Part shown: one piece after another, positions 17,472 through 25,190 of the stretch
Numbering within the stretch: the first letter of the stretch is position 1
Layout: each line of letters opens with the position of its first letter
Source of the DNA: a virus
Lineage: Duplodnaviria; Caudoviricetes
Virus record (IMG/VR): IMGVR_UViG_3300021425_000172
Coordinates: 1-25,439 of that record
Direction: 5' to 3' (one strand)
Length of the DNA stretch: 25,439 bases
Made by a program: the position numbers and the translations under genes
The notes under the pieces: model-generated
Databases searched by the model: none
What the model was told of the DNA's origin: nothing
The model's input: the letters and a program-made list of their open reading frames with translations, nothing else

Positions 17472-17864
17472 ATGTCAGCAGCAAGTGATTATCTTGAACT
17501 TAAAGTCCTAGACCACGTTTTAGGCAACACAACTTATACTCCAGCAAGCACACTTTATCTAGGTCTTTGGACCGCAGATGATGGCCTAGAATCAGGTACT
17601 GTTACTTCAGAAGTATCAGGCGGTTCTTATGCACGTCAATCAATTACTTTTGACGCAGCTTCAGGCGGGTCAGCAGACTCAGCGGCTACTGTTACTTTCC
17701 CAACTGCAACTGCAAACTGGGGAACAATTACTCATGTTGCAATCATGGACGCATCTACTTCAGGTAACGTGCTATTCCACGGTTCTGTAACAACTTCTAA
17801 GACAATTGAAAGCGGAGATACTTTCCAAGTATCAGCAGGCAACCTAACAATTAGCCTAGCTTAA
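17472..17864 (+). CDS. Conserved phage virion/tail-associated protein (130 aa)
   Basis: AAGGAG supports ATG17472; SDYLE..VLDH, EVSGGSYARQ, FPTATANWGTITH motifs; capsid-like codon bias suggests high expression. Confidence 0.8.
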   Translation: MSAASDYLELKVLDHVLGNTTYTPASTLYLGLWTADDGLESGTVTSEVSGGSYARQSITFDAASGGSADSAATVTFPTATANWGTITHVAIMDASTSGNVLFHGSVTTSKTIESGDTFQVSAGNLTISLA

Positions 17865-17870
17865 TTTGTT

Positions 17871-17910
17871 ATTAGGGTGTCAGTACAGTGCTGGCACCCT
17901 AATTTTGTTT
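17871..17910 (+). terminator. Long hairpin, terminator or processing site
   Basis: 15-bp stem ATTAGGGTGTCAGTA/TGCTGGCACCCTAAT (two G-U pairs) followed by TTTGTTT. Confidence 0.7.
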
Positions 17911-17930
17911 ACTAACGAGGAGAAAAGCCA

Positions 17931-19319
17931 ATGGCAACTATTGTAACAAGAGCAGGTAAAGGATCACAGCTATCATGGAATGAAGTTGATGCCAACTTTA
18001 CTAATCTTAACGACGACAAAGTTGAATTAACAGACCTAAGTGTCACGCAAAATAGTGCCAGCGGTAATGGCACACTTACATATAGTAATAGTACAGGTGT
18101 GTTTACTTACACTCCACCAGATTTATCAGGTGCAGGCGGACTTTCAAACGTAGTAGAAGATACAACACCACAACTAGGTGGCAGTTTAGATGTAAACAGC
18201 CAACAAATTGTTTCTACTTCAAATGGTAATATTGTACTAGCACCAAACGGTACTGGTAAAGTTAAACTAGACGAAGTGTTTTGGCCTAAACTTCCAACTA
18301 CTACAAGTTCAGGATATACTGGCACAGTTAGTGCTATAGATGATTTTGCATCAACTTTAGAATTAGATAGCACATCAGGATTAAGTGTTGATGATGTTAT
18401 ACAATTTAATGGTTCAGACGTTATTAGTTCAGGCTTATCAGATTACACAGATTATTACATTGTTGATATTGATGGATTTAATATTCAAGTATCGTCTACT
18501 CAAGGTGGCTCAGCAGAAACATTAACAAACGTTGATCCAATATCAGACTTTAACTGGGAAGTTGCAGGCACTACTACAATTGATATTAGTGGTGGTGAAG
18601 TTCTTACTATTGCTGCAAACCAAACACTAAGTTGGAGTACGCCAAGTGCAGGTATTTCAAATCTTGTTGAAGATACAACACCACAACTAGGTGGTAATTT
18701 AGATACTAATACCAAGAATATTGCCTTTGGTGATAGTTCTGTACCAGGTACAGACAATACCTTAATATTTGGTGCAAGCAATGATCTTTTAATATATCAT
18801 AATACTGTTAATAGTGTTATATCAGAAGAAGGCACAGGTAAATTAGAAATTAAAGGTAGTCAAGTAGATATAACTGATACAGCTGGAAATGTTGGTATAA
18901 GAGCAAGTGCAACAGATACTAGACTTTTTCATCTTAGTAGTTTAAGATTACAAACTACAACTACTGGTATTAGATTATGGGATGGTATTGACGGCCAAGG
19001 TCATGAAGTTGCAGATATTCAATTAGAAGATTATGCAGAAACTGTATATTCACTAGGCTCAACTGATTCGCCAACTATTACAGTTTCAAACGGAAATGTA
19101 CAAACGGTAACAATTACAAGTGGATTGTCATTGCCAGCATTTTCAGATGCAGCAACAGGACAAAGTGTAACATTATTAGTTACAGGTTCAGGTACTGCAA
19201 CTGGAACAGCAGCCTATAAATTTGCAGGTGGCAATACCACACTTACTTCTTACAGTGTTGTAAGCGTATTTTATGATGGCACAACTTATTGGGCCTCTAT
19301 TGCAACAGATTTCCAATAA
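17931..19319 (+). CDS. Tail fibre protein 1
   Basis: N-terminal TIVTRAGKGS...DANFTNLN anchor, GVFTYTPPDLS, two EDTTPQLGG.LD.N modules; Gly/Ser/Thr-rich. Confidence 0.8.
   Translation: MATIVTRAGKGSQLSWNEVDANFTNLNDDKVELTDLSVTQNSASGNGTLTYSNSTGVFTYTPPDLSGAGGLSNVVEDTTPQLGGSLDVNSQQIVSTSNGNIVLAPNGTGKVKLDEVFWPKLPTTTSSGYTGTVSAIDDFASTLELDSTSGLSVDDVIQFNGSDVISSGLSDYTDYYIVDIDGFNIQVSSTQGGSAETLTNVDPISDFNWEVAGTTTIDISGGEVLTIAANQTLSWSTPSAGISNLVEDTTPQLGGNLDTNTKNIAFGDSSVPGTDNTLIFGASNDLLIYHNTVNSVISEEGTGKLEIKGSQVDITDTAGNVGIRASATDTRLFHLSSLRLQTTTTGIRLWDGIDGQGHEVADIQLEDYAETVYSLGSTDSPTITVSNGNVQTVTITSGLSLPAFSDAATGQSVTLLVTGSGTATGTAAYKFAGGNTTLTSYSVVSVFYDGTTYWASIATDFQ
18156..18694 (+). repeat. 26-bp exact direct repeat within fibre 1 (18156-18181 and 18669-18694)
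   Basis: GAAGATACAACACCACAACTAGGTGG occurs twice. Confidence 0.85.
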
Positions 19320-19330
19320 GGAGTAACTGA

Positions 19331-20071
19331 ATGTTTGGAGCAAGTAGATTAGCATACCTAGCAAAGACAGCAGCGGCAGGCGGCGCAACATACCGCTCAG
19401 ATACATATTCTAGTAATGTATATCTTGCACTACCCTTTGATAGTACAAATCAATTTGATGATGTTAGTCCTGAGATTAATAGTAGTAGTACACAGGCAAC
19501 TGCTAGTAATGGTCCAAACAGTTCAATAACTTCTACACAAGTTAAGTGGACATCTACACCAAATTATACCAATGCATTTGAAAATGGTGGTGAAGTTTCT
19601 GGTGTGGCAAGTTCTTCTTACGCATTAAGCACAAGTATACCAAGTGTTAGCGGAACTTATGTTGTAGAAGGTTGGTTTTATGCCAATGATAACAGAAGTA
19701 ATTATAACTGGACATTAAGTAGTGCTGATTCAGGAGGACGTTGGTTGTTTAGTTTTAACACTACTACAACTATTACTTTTGGTAGCGAAAACAATATTGG
19801 CATTGGTACAGGATGGGCACATGTAGCTGTTGTATGTGATAGTGGTACTAGAAGATTATATGTAAATGGTTTATACAAAGGTCAGTGGACTAGCAGTAAC
19901 ACTGGATTTAGTACATTGCATGTTGGTCAATTTAATGCAGGTGATACTAGAGATTTTGATGGACATATTCAAGATCTACGTGTTACTATTGGTAGTAATA
20001 GAGGTTATACTGGTACAAATACAGGATCAGCTAACTTTACATTGCCAAACAGTATAGTGGAGAGTTTCTAA
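19331..20071 (+). CDS. Concanavalin A-like/LamG lectin-domain virion protein
   Basis: VEGWFY, WAHVAVV...RRLYVNG, FDGHIQDLRVT. Confidence 0.85.
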   Translation: MFGASRLAYLAKTAAAGGATYRSDTYSSNVYLALPFDSTNQFDDVSPEINSSSTQATASNGPNSSITSTQVKWTSTPNYTNAFENGGEVSGVASSSYALSTSIPSVSGTYVVEGWFYANDNRSNYNWTLSSADSGGRWLFSFNTTTTITFGSENNIGIGTGWAHVAVVCDSGTRRLYVNGLYKGQWTSSNTGFSTLHVGQFNAGDTRDFDGHIQDLRVTIGSNRGYTGTNTGSANFTLPNSIVESF

Positions 20072-20232
20072 TGATTTATACAATAAAATATGAAAAAAAT
20101 GGAATAGAAACTACTCAAGAATATGAGTGGACTGAAGAAAAAACTTGGATAGAAATAAAACAAATTACAGATACTTTAGATTTTGATAATATTCTTTTCC
20201 AAGGTTACATAGATAATGAGGATCAAATATGA
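20071..20232 (+). CDS. Small acidic protein (53 aa, MIYTIKYEKNGIETTQEYEW...); absent from the ORF track
   Basis: GGAG at 20059-20062; TAATG coupling upstream and ATGA coupling downstream; fills the gap exactly. Confidence 0.7.
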   Translation: MIYTIKYEKNGIETTQEYEWTEEKTWIEIKQITDTLDFDNILFQGYIDNEDQI

Positions 20233-21881
20233 GTACAATAGTAACAAGAGCAAGTAAAGGTTCACCGCTTACATATGCTGAAGGTGATGCTAACTTTACA
20301 AATTTAAACAATGACAAATTAGAAAATGTCAGCGAGGATACAACACCTACGCTTGGTGGAGAACTTGATGCCAACAGTAACAAAATTGTAAATGTTACTG
20401 ATCCTACTTCTGCTCAAGATGCTGCAACAAAAGCCTATGTAGATAGCGCAACATCTACAATAGACGAAGCAACAAAAATAAAAGCTACAGTAGATAATAA
20501 AAGTGGCGGCACACTAGCTAAAGGAACTCCAGTATATATTACAGGTGCAACAGGTAACACATATCATGTTGATGCTGCAAGAGCAGATACAGCCAGCAAA
20601 ATGCCAGCAGCTGGTGTATTAGCACAACAATTAACTGCTGATCAAGAAGGTGAAATGATTATTGCTGGTTTTATTAATGGCGTTGACACAAGTACATTTA
20701 CAGCAGGTGATGAAATTTATGTAGGTGCAACAGGTGGTTTTGTTAATTCAGCACCTACAGGCGAAAGCAATTTAATACAAAAATTAGGTGTAGTTTCAAC
20801 AATTGATTCTACAAATGGTGCAGGATTAGTTCAAGGTGCAGGTAGATCAAATGCAGTACCTAACCTAGATGATGATCAATTCTTCCTAGGCAATGCCAGC
20901 AACCAAGCAGTAGCAACAGATTTTTCAGTAGCAGTACAAGCAATTAGTATTGATTATACAGACTTGAGTGTGTCAACAACCGCTGCAGGATCAGCAGCAC
21001 TTGCATATAACAATACTTCAGGTGTGTTTACATATACACCACCTGATTTAAGCAGTTATCTTACAACTGAAACAGATCCAGTTGTAGGTGCAATCACAGG
21101 TATTGTAAAAGCAGATGGCGCAGGCAATATTTCAGCAGCAGTTGCAGGTACTGACTATCTTGCAAGTTACACAACTGAATTATCAGAAGATACTTCACCA
21201 GTACTAGGTGGAAATTTAGATGTAGGCAGTAGTTCAATTGTTTCTTCAAGTGCAGGAGATATTGCAATTACACCAGATACAACAGGTAAAATTATACTAG
21301 ATGGATTAAATTGGCCAACATCAGATGGTACTAGTGGACAAGTATTACAAACAGATGGATTAGGACAATTAAGTTTTGCTACACCAAGTGGAGGATCTAG
21401 TGGTATACCATGTGCTATTGGATTAGTAATGAATGGTTCAGAAACTGCATATACATCTTTGACTATCAATAGTGCAGGTCAAGCCAATCCTATAGTAATT
21501 CAAAATGATGGTGGAATTTCAGGCATAAGCACAGGATCGCAAACTATTAGTGGTAATACAGTATATACTTTTACACTTCCTGCAGGAACTTGGTGGATTG
21601 AATGGCCTCCAATGTCTACAGATGGTGGTTATTCAAATATTATGTATCGCGATTATACAAATAGTGCTGATTTGATGAGTCCAACTTTGCAAGGATCTAG
21701 TGGATATATTATGAATAGTACAAGTCAACGATGGATGGGTGATATGTCAGGTTATTTTACAATAACAAGTAGTACAGAAATATACCTTCAACAAGATGGA
21801 ACTAGTAGTAGTATACCATATAGTTTGTATAATGCTGCTTGGATGTTTCCAATATTTGTAAAGTTTTGGAAATTAGCTTAA
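20229..21881 (+). CDS. Tail fibre protein 2 (paralogue of fibre 1)
   Basis: TIVTRASKGS...DANFTNLN, DPTSAQDAATKAYVD, GQVLQTDG.GQLSF fibre motifs. Confidence 0.8.
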   Translation: MSTIVTRASKGSPLTYAEGDANFTNLNNDKLENVSEDTTPTLGGELDANSNKIVNVTDPTSAQDAATKAYVDSATSTIDEATKIKATVDNKSGGTLAKGTPVYITGATGNTYHVDAARADTASKMPAAGVLAQQLTADQEGEMIIAGFINGVDTSTFTAGDEIYVGATGGFVNSAPTGESNLIQKLGVVSTIDSTNGAGLVQGAGRSNAVPNLDDDQFFLGNASNQAVATDFSVAVQAISIDYTDLSVSTTAAGSAALAYNNTSGVFTYTPPDLSSYLTTETDPVVGAITGIVKADGAGNISAAVAGTDYLASYTTELSEDTSPVLGGNLDVGSSSIVSSSAGDIAITPDTTGKIILDGLNWPTSDGTSGQVLQTDGLGQLSFATPSGGSSGIPCAIGLVMNGSETAYTSLTINSAGQANPIVIQNDGGISGISTGSQTISGNTVYTFTLPAGTWWIEWPPMSTDGGYSNIMYRDYTNSADLMSPTLQGSSGYIMNSTSQRWMGDMSGYFTITSSTEIYLQQDGTSSSIPYSLYNAAWMFPIFVKFWKLA

Positions 21882-21898
21882 TATAAGGAAATAATTAG

Positions 21899-23464
21899 AT
21901 GGATCAGTATTACGTAGATGAAGGTTACTGGGTAGATGGTTATGCTGGTTATCTAGCTGAAGCTGTTATACGACTTAGTCCTTACATTGACGAAAGTTAT
22001 ATAGATGCAGGTTATTTTGAAGATCAAGGTGTTGTTACAGGACTAAGTATAGATTTTGATGTTGTTATTAATCTAGAAGCAGAAGAATTAACAGCAGTAG
22101 CTTCTATGTCTATTGACATAGGTGTAATTAAACAATTTGATGTTGATTTTGGTGCAGCATTTACTCCAACTATAACTGTAAATGCAATTAAACGTCCTGA
22201 TGTATTTGTAGAAAGTGCGTTTACACAAACTGCTGATGTTAATATTACAGCAAGTGCAGAAAGTCTACTTGAATACTTTGCAAATCTAGATGCCCAGGCC
22301 GCAAGATTGCGCAGTATTTCTGAAACTCTAGACGCACAATTCAATCAATCAGCGGCAGGTACTCTTACTAAAGATTACTCCGCTGATTTTGCATCTGTAG
22401 CCTCTATAAATGCAGATGTAACACGCATACACCCAGGTGCAGCTACATTTGATAGTGCATTTACACAATCAGCAACAGGTGATAAATTTAAAGGCCTAGT
22501 AGGTGAACAATTAGATAGTGCATTTACAATAGATCTAGTATTAGGTGTAACTGTTGACATTTCACCAGCTACATTTAGCAGTGCATTTACACAAACAGCA
22601 ACAGGCGTAAGAATACACCTAGGTGCAGCTACATTTGATAGTGCATTTACACAAACTACAGATGTTGTTAAAACTACAGATACAAGTTCTAATCTAAGTA
22701 GTGCTGCAACATTAGCAATAGATCCATTCCGTATTGTAGAAGGTGCCGCTAACTTTGGTGCAGCGTTTACTCCAACCTTAACAGTAGAAGCAATTAAACG
22801 TCCAATTGTATACTTAGAAAGTGCATTTACACAAAATGCTGATATAAGTGTTATACCAGCTGGACAAGCATTGCTTGACAGTGCATTCTCAATTAGTGCA
22901 GATGCAAATATTATAAAAGGTTATGATGCAACATTTGCAAGTGCGTTTACACAAACTGCTGATGCAAGTCGCATTAGAGGTTATGATGCAACATTTGCAA
23001 GTGCATTTACACAAACAGCAACAGTAGGATTCTTAGTTAATCCTGGTACTAATTTTGGTGATGATCCTGAATTCCCAGATACATTACATTTTGAATTTAC
23101 ACAAAGTGCAAGTAGCACTATTGTTACAGAATTAGATGTTGAATTTACTGCTATTGCAAGTATTGTTAATGTAGAACCAACAATTATTAAACCAATAGGT
23201 GCTACATTAAATGCAGCATTTACACAAGACATTACATCTACTAGAATAAGATTTAGTAGTGTAACATTAGATGCAGAATTTACACAGTCTGCAAGCATAG
23301 GATATATTGTTGATGCAAACATTGCATTAAACAATGTATTTGATGCTAATATTATTATTAGGACTATACATCCTGAACATTTTGTGTATACGATACCAAG
23401 AGAATCTCGTGGATATACCATTCATGAGGAAACAAGAATTTACACTATACAAGGAGCAAGCTAA
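21899..23464 (+). CDS. Repeat-rich structural protein (~20-aa F.SAFTQ.A repeats)
   Basis: Many SAFTQ-type units; DNA repeats 22435-22468/22621-22654 and 22918-22956/22978-23016. Confidence 0.8.
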   Translation: MDQYYVDEGYWVDGYAGYLAEAVIRLSPYIDESYIDAGYFEDQGVVTGLSIDFDVVINLEAEELTAVASMSIDIGVIKQFDVDFGAAFTPTITVNAIKRPDVFVESAFTQTADVNITASAESLLEYFANLDAQAARLRSISETLDAQFNQSAAGTLTKDYSADFASVASINADVTRIHPGAATFDSAFTQSATGDKFKGLVGEQLDSAFTIDLVLGVTVDISPATFSSAFTQTATGVRIHLGAATFDSAFTQTTDVVKTTDTSSNLSSAATLAIDPFRIVEGAANFGAAFTPTLTVEAIKRPIVYLESAFTQNADISVIPAGQALLDSAFSISADANIIKGYDATFASAFTQTADASRIRGYDATFASAFTQTATVGFLVNPGTNFGDDPEFPDTLHFEFTQSASSTIVTELDVEFTAIASIVNVEPTIIKPIGATLNAAFTQDITSTRIRFSSVTLDAEFTQSASIGYIVDANIALNNVFDANIIIRTIHPEHFVYTIPRESRGYTIHEETRIYTIQGAS

Positions 23465-23466
23465 CC

Positions 23467-23805
23467 ATGGCTATCAACAGAACTGGTTTTAACCAAACAA
23501 ACTATGGGCTTGACATAGATAAAGATGTTGAAGCCCAATTAACTTATACCTTTAACTGGAGTGAATGGCTACCTACATCAGATACCATTGCAACAGTAGA
23601 ATATTCAGTTGCTGCAAGACGTAATGACCCAACACCTGTTACTATTGTTTCAGAAGGCATTACTGATGCTAACACTGACACTTATGTAGAATTATCAGGT
23701 GGACAAGCAAATAAAACTTATGTAGTTACATGCAAAGTGACCACAAACGACGGTCTCATTGATCGTCGTTCTTTTCGTTTAAACGTAGTTAATAGGAGTG
23801 CATAA
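23467..23805 (+). CDS. Putative Ig-like fibre/tail adaptor protein
   Basis: DKD..A.L.Y.F.WSEWL...DTI ... LSGG....Y.VTC.VTT..G....RSF pattern. Confidence 0.6.
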   Translation: MAINRTGFNQTNYGLDIDKDVEAQLTYTFNWSEWLPTSDTIATVEYSVAARRNDPTPVTIVSEGITDANTDTYVELSGGQANKTYVVTCKVTTNDGLIDRRSFRLNVVNRSA

Positions 23806-24080
23806 TGGCTACATCTACAGAACCATCAGATTTAGAATATGAAAATTTGAGTGTTCATGTAGACAAATGTAGTCTGCGTTATGAACAGATGCAAAATAAA
23901 TTGGAAGCAATAGACGTGCAATTTGAAAAAATAGATCACCGTTTTGATAAACTTGACGAACGCATTGATCGCATTGAAACTGATCTTAAGAAAGGTAACA
24001 CTGCGATCATAGTTGCACTTGTAGGAGCAACTGCAACTATCATTGCCGCATTCGTAGGAATAATAATTGCAATCATTTAA
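23805..24080 (+). CDS. Coiled-coil protein with a C-terminal transmembrane helix (holin-like candidate)
   Basis: FEKIDHRFDKLDERIDRIE heptads followed by hydrophobic AIIVALVGATATIIAAFVGIIIAII. Confidence 0.6.
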   Translation: MATSTEPSDLEYENLSVHVDKCSLRYEQMQNKLEAIDVQFEKIDHRFDKLDERIDRIETDLKKGNTAIIVALVGATATIIAAFVGIIIAII

Positions 24081-24088
24081 ATATTGTT

Positions 24089-24379
24089 ATGGACAAGACA
24101 ATACCACCAGAAATTGCACAACGACTTAAAAAAAATAGAAAAGGCAACATAACTTGTGAGCCAAAAGCTATAAATTTTTGTGAAGACTGTGGTAAAGATA
24201 TTGGTGGCCAGCACAGAATATGTAAGGCGCAGGTTAGTAATAGAGTTGAAAAACATTGGCACATAAGATGTAATATATGCAACCTAATACAAAATCCTCA
24301 TACCAAAAAGTATGAATTTAACAGTTGGGAAGACAAACAAGCCTATTTAAAAGGGGAAAATGATAATAAAGATAAATAA
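24089..24379 (+). CDS. Putative zinc-finger protein (96 aa)
   Basis: CEDC ... CNIC; TTAAATA (24077-24083) 5 nt upstream; no SD. Confidence 0.7.
   Translation: MDKTIPPEIAQRLKKNRKGNITCEPKAINFCEDCGKDIGGQHRICKAQVSNRVEKHWHIRCNICNLIQNPHTKKYEFNSWEDKQAYLKGENDNKDK
24372..24378 (+). promoter_or_regulatory. T4-type late promoter motif ATAAATA driving candidate sRNA 2
   Basis: Overlaps the stop codon of the zinc-finger gene; the first RNA stem begins 5 nt downstream. Confidence 0.6.
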
Positions 24380-24382
24380 TAT

Positions 24383-24556
24383 TGTAAGCAGTGAAGCTAG
24401 TTTCCATTAAACTTTATCTTTATTGCCATTTAGAATGAGTTCCTATATAGGTGATCTGCTTACACTTTATATCATAACAGTTCTGACATGTATTGATATA
24501 ATTTTATTCCTATTATGACTTTAAACCCCCAGCGATAACCTCAAAGGGGGTTTTTT
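24383..24556 (+). ncRNA. Candidate multi-loop antisense RNA 2 (~175 nt)
   Basis: Stems TGTAAGCAG/CTGCTTACA (24383-24391/24456-24464) and TTATATCA/TGATATAA (24467-24474/24494-24501), then a terminator. Loops are complementary to translation-start regions. Confidence 0.65.
24523..24556 (+). terminator. Rho-independent terminator
   Basis: AAACCCCC, 15-nt loop, GGGGGTTTTTT. Confidence 0.75.
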
Positions 24557-24560
24557 CTAG

Positions 24561-24605
24561 TTGACAAACCTAAAAAATGGTGTTATTATACTAAAGAGAT
24601 AAATA
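24561..24605 (+). promoter_or_regulatory. Sigma70 promoter P3 followed by ATAAATA
   Basis: TTGACA (24561-24566), 17 nt, TATTAT (24584-24589) with extended -10 TG; ATAAATA at 24599-24605. Confidence 0.8.
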
Positions 24606-24625
24606 ATAATAGGAAGGCAATAGAG

Positions 24626-24925
24626 ATGAAAGCACAAGACAGAGAACAACAGCAATTGATTGGTTATTGGGCAAAGACCCAAGGCTTTAGTCTCAAGGCC
24701 TTAGAACGTACAGATTTATCTACACTACAGGCATTGCGTTTGGCATCAAACTGTTTAAAACAAAGACAGTTTCTTAACCAACATGACATTACTACATTTG
24801 CAACATACATAAACAATTTTCGCACAGGCAAAACTATTAATAAGGCACATACCGCAGGCGTATTTCGCAAGGCTAGACGACTACAACGTTCACAGGCAAA
24901 GACCACGAGAAAAGCAACTCGTTAA
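24626..24925 (+). CDS. Hypothetical basic protein (99 aa)
   Basis: AGGAAGG RBS; Arg/Lys-rich C-terminus; has its own promoter; followed by a structured non-coding tract. Confidence 0.8.
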   Translation: MKAQDREQQQLIGYWAKTQGFSLKALERTDLSTLQALRLASNCLKQRQFLNQHDITTFATYINNFRTGKTINKAHTAGVFRKARRLQRSQAKTTRKATR

Positions 24926-24940
24926 ACCAGTGCTCAAAAA

Positions 24941-25190
24941 CCCTAGTTGTAATATTGACGGCTAATGACCTAGGTGTGTTAGATGTTGCTGATACAGCAT
25001 CTAATTATACAGGGCCGCAGATTTGCTCACTACATTCAAGGAAACTTATGTAGCAGAGTTGGAAGTTTCAATGCATCCGTCTTCCATAAAATCTGTATCA
25101 GTCGTGTGTGAGAGTTCAAGACACACGAGACGGCTATAGTAAGAGTGTAGAAGCACTATTTTTTTTGTTTCTCCTCTTACTATAGCCGTC
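24941..25190 (+). ncRNA. Highly structured non-coding element (candidate ncRNA or origin)
   Basis: Nested stems with G-U pairs, a GAAA tetraloop, and a perfect 17-bp stem at 25129-25145/25174-25190. Confidence 0.5.

Noticed and set aside
18156-23016. Diversity-generating retroelement template/variable repeats
   Set aside because: No reverse transcriptase; the repeats are short, in-frame coding modules without adenine-specific mismatches.
24077-24262. Alternative 61-aa ORF here, and the nested ORF at 19866-20057
   Set aside because: Each lies within a better-supported gene (zinc-finger and lectin respectively).
24398-24443. Minus-strand mini-ORF AGGA...ATG GCA ATA AAG (MAIKIKFNGN)
   Set aside because: Only 10 codons and no minus-strand promoter seen; it is better explained as the mirror image of an antisense loop.
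24383-24556. CRISPR mini-array
   Set aside because: The stems differ in sequence, there are no direct repeats, and no cas genes are present.
25100-25130. tRNA or tmRNA (GTTCAAG resembles a T-loop)
   Set aside because: No acceptor stem, D arm, anticodon arm or CCA end in a compatible arrangement.
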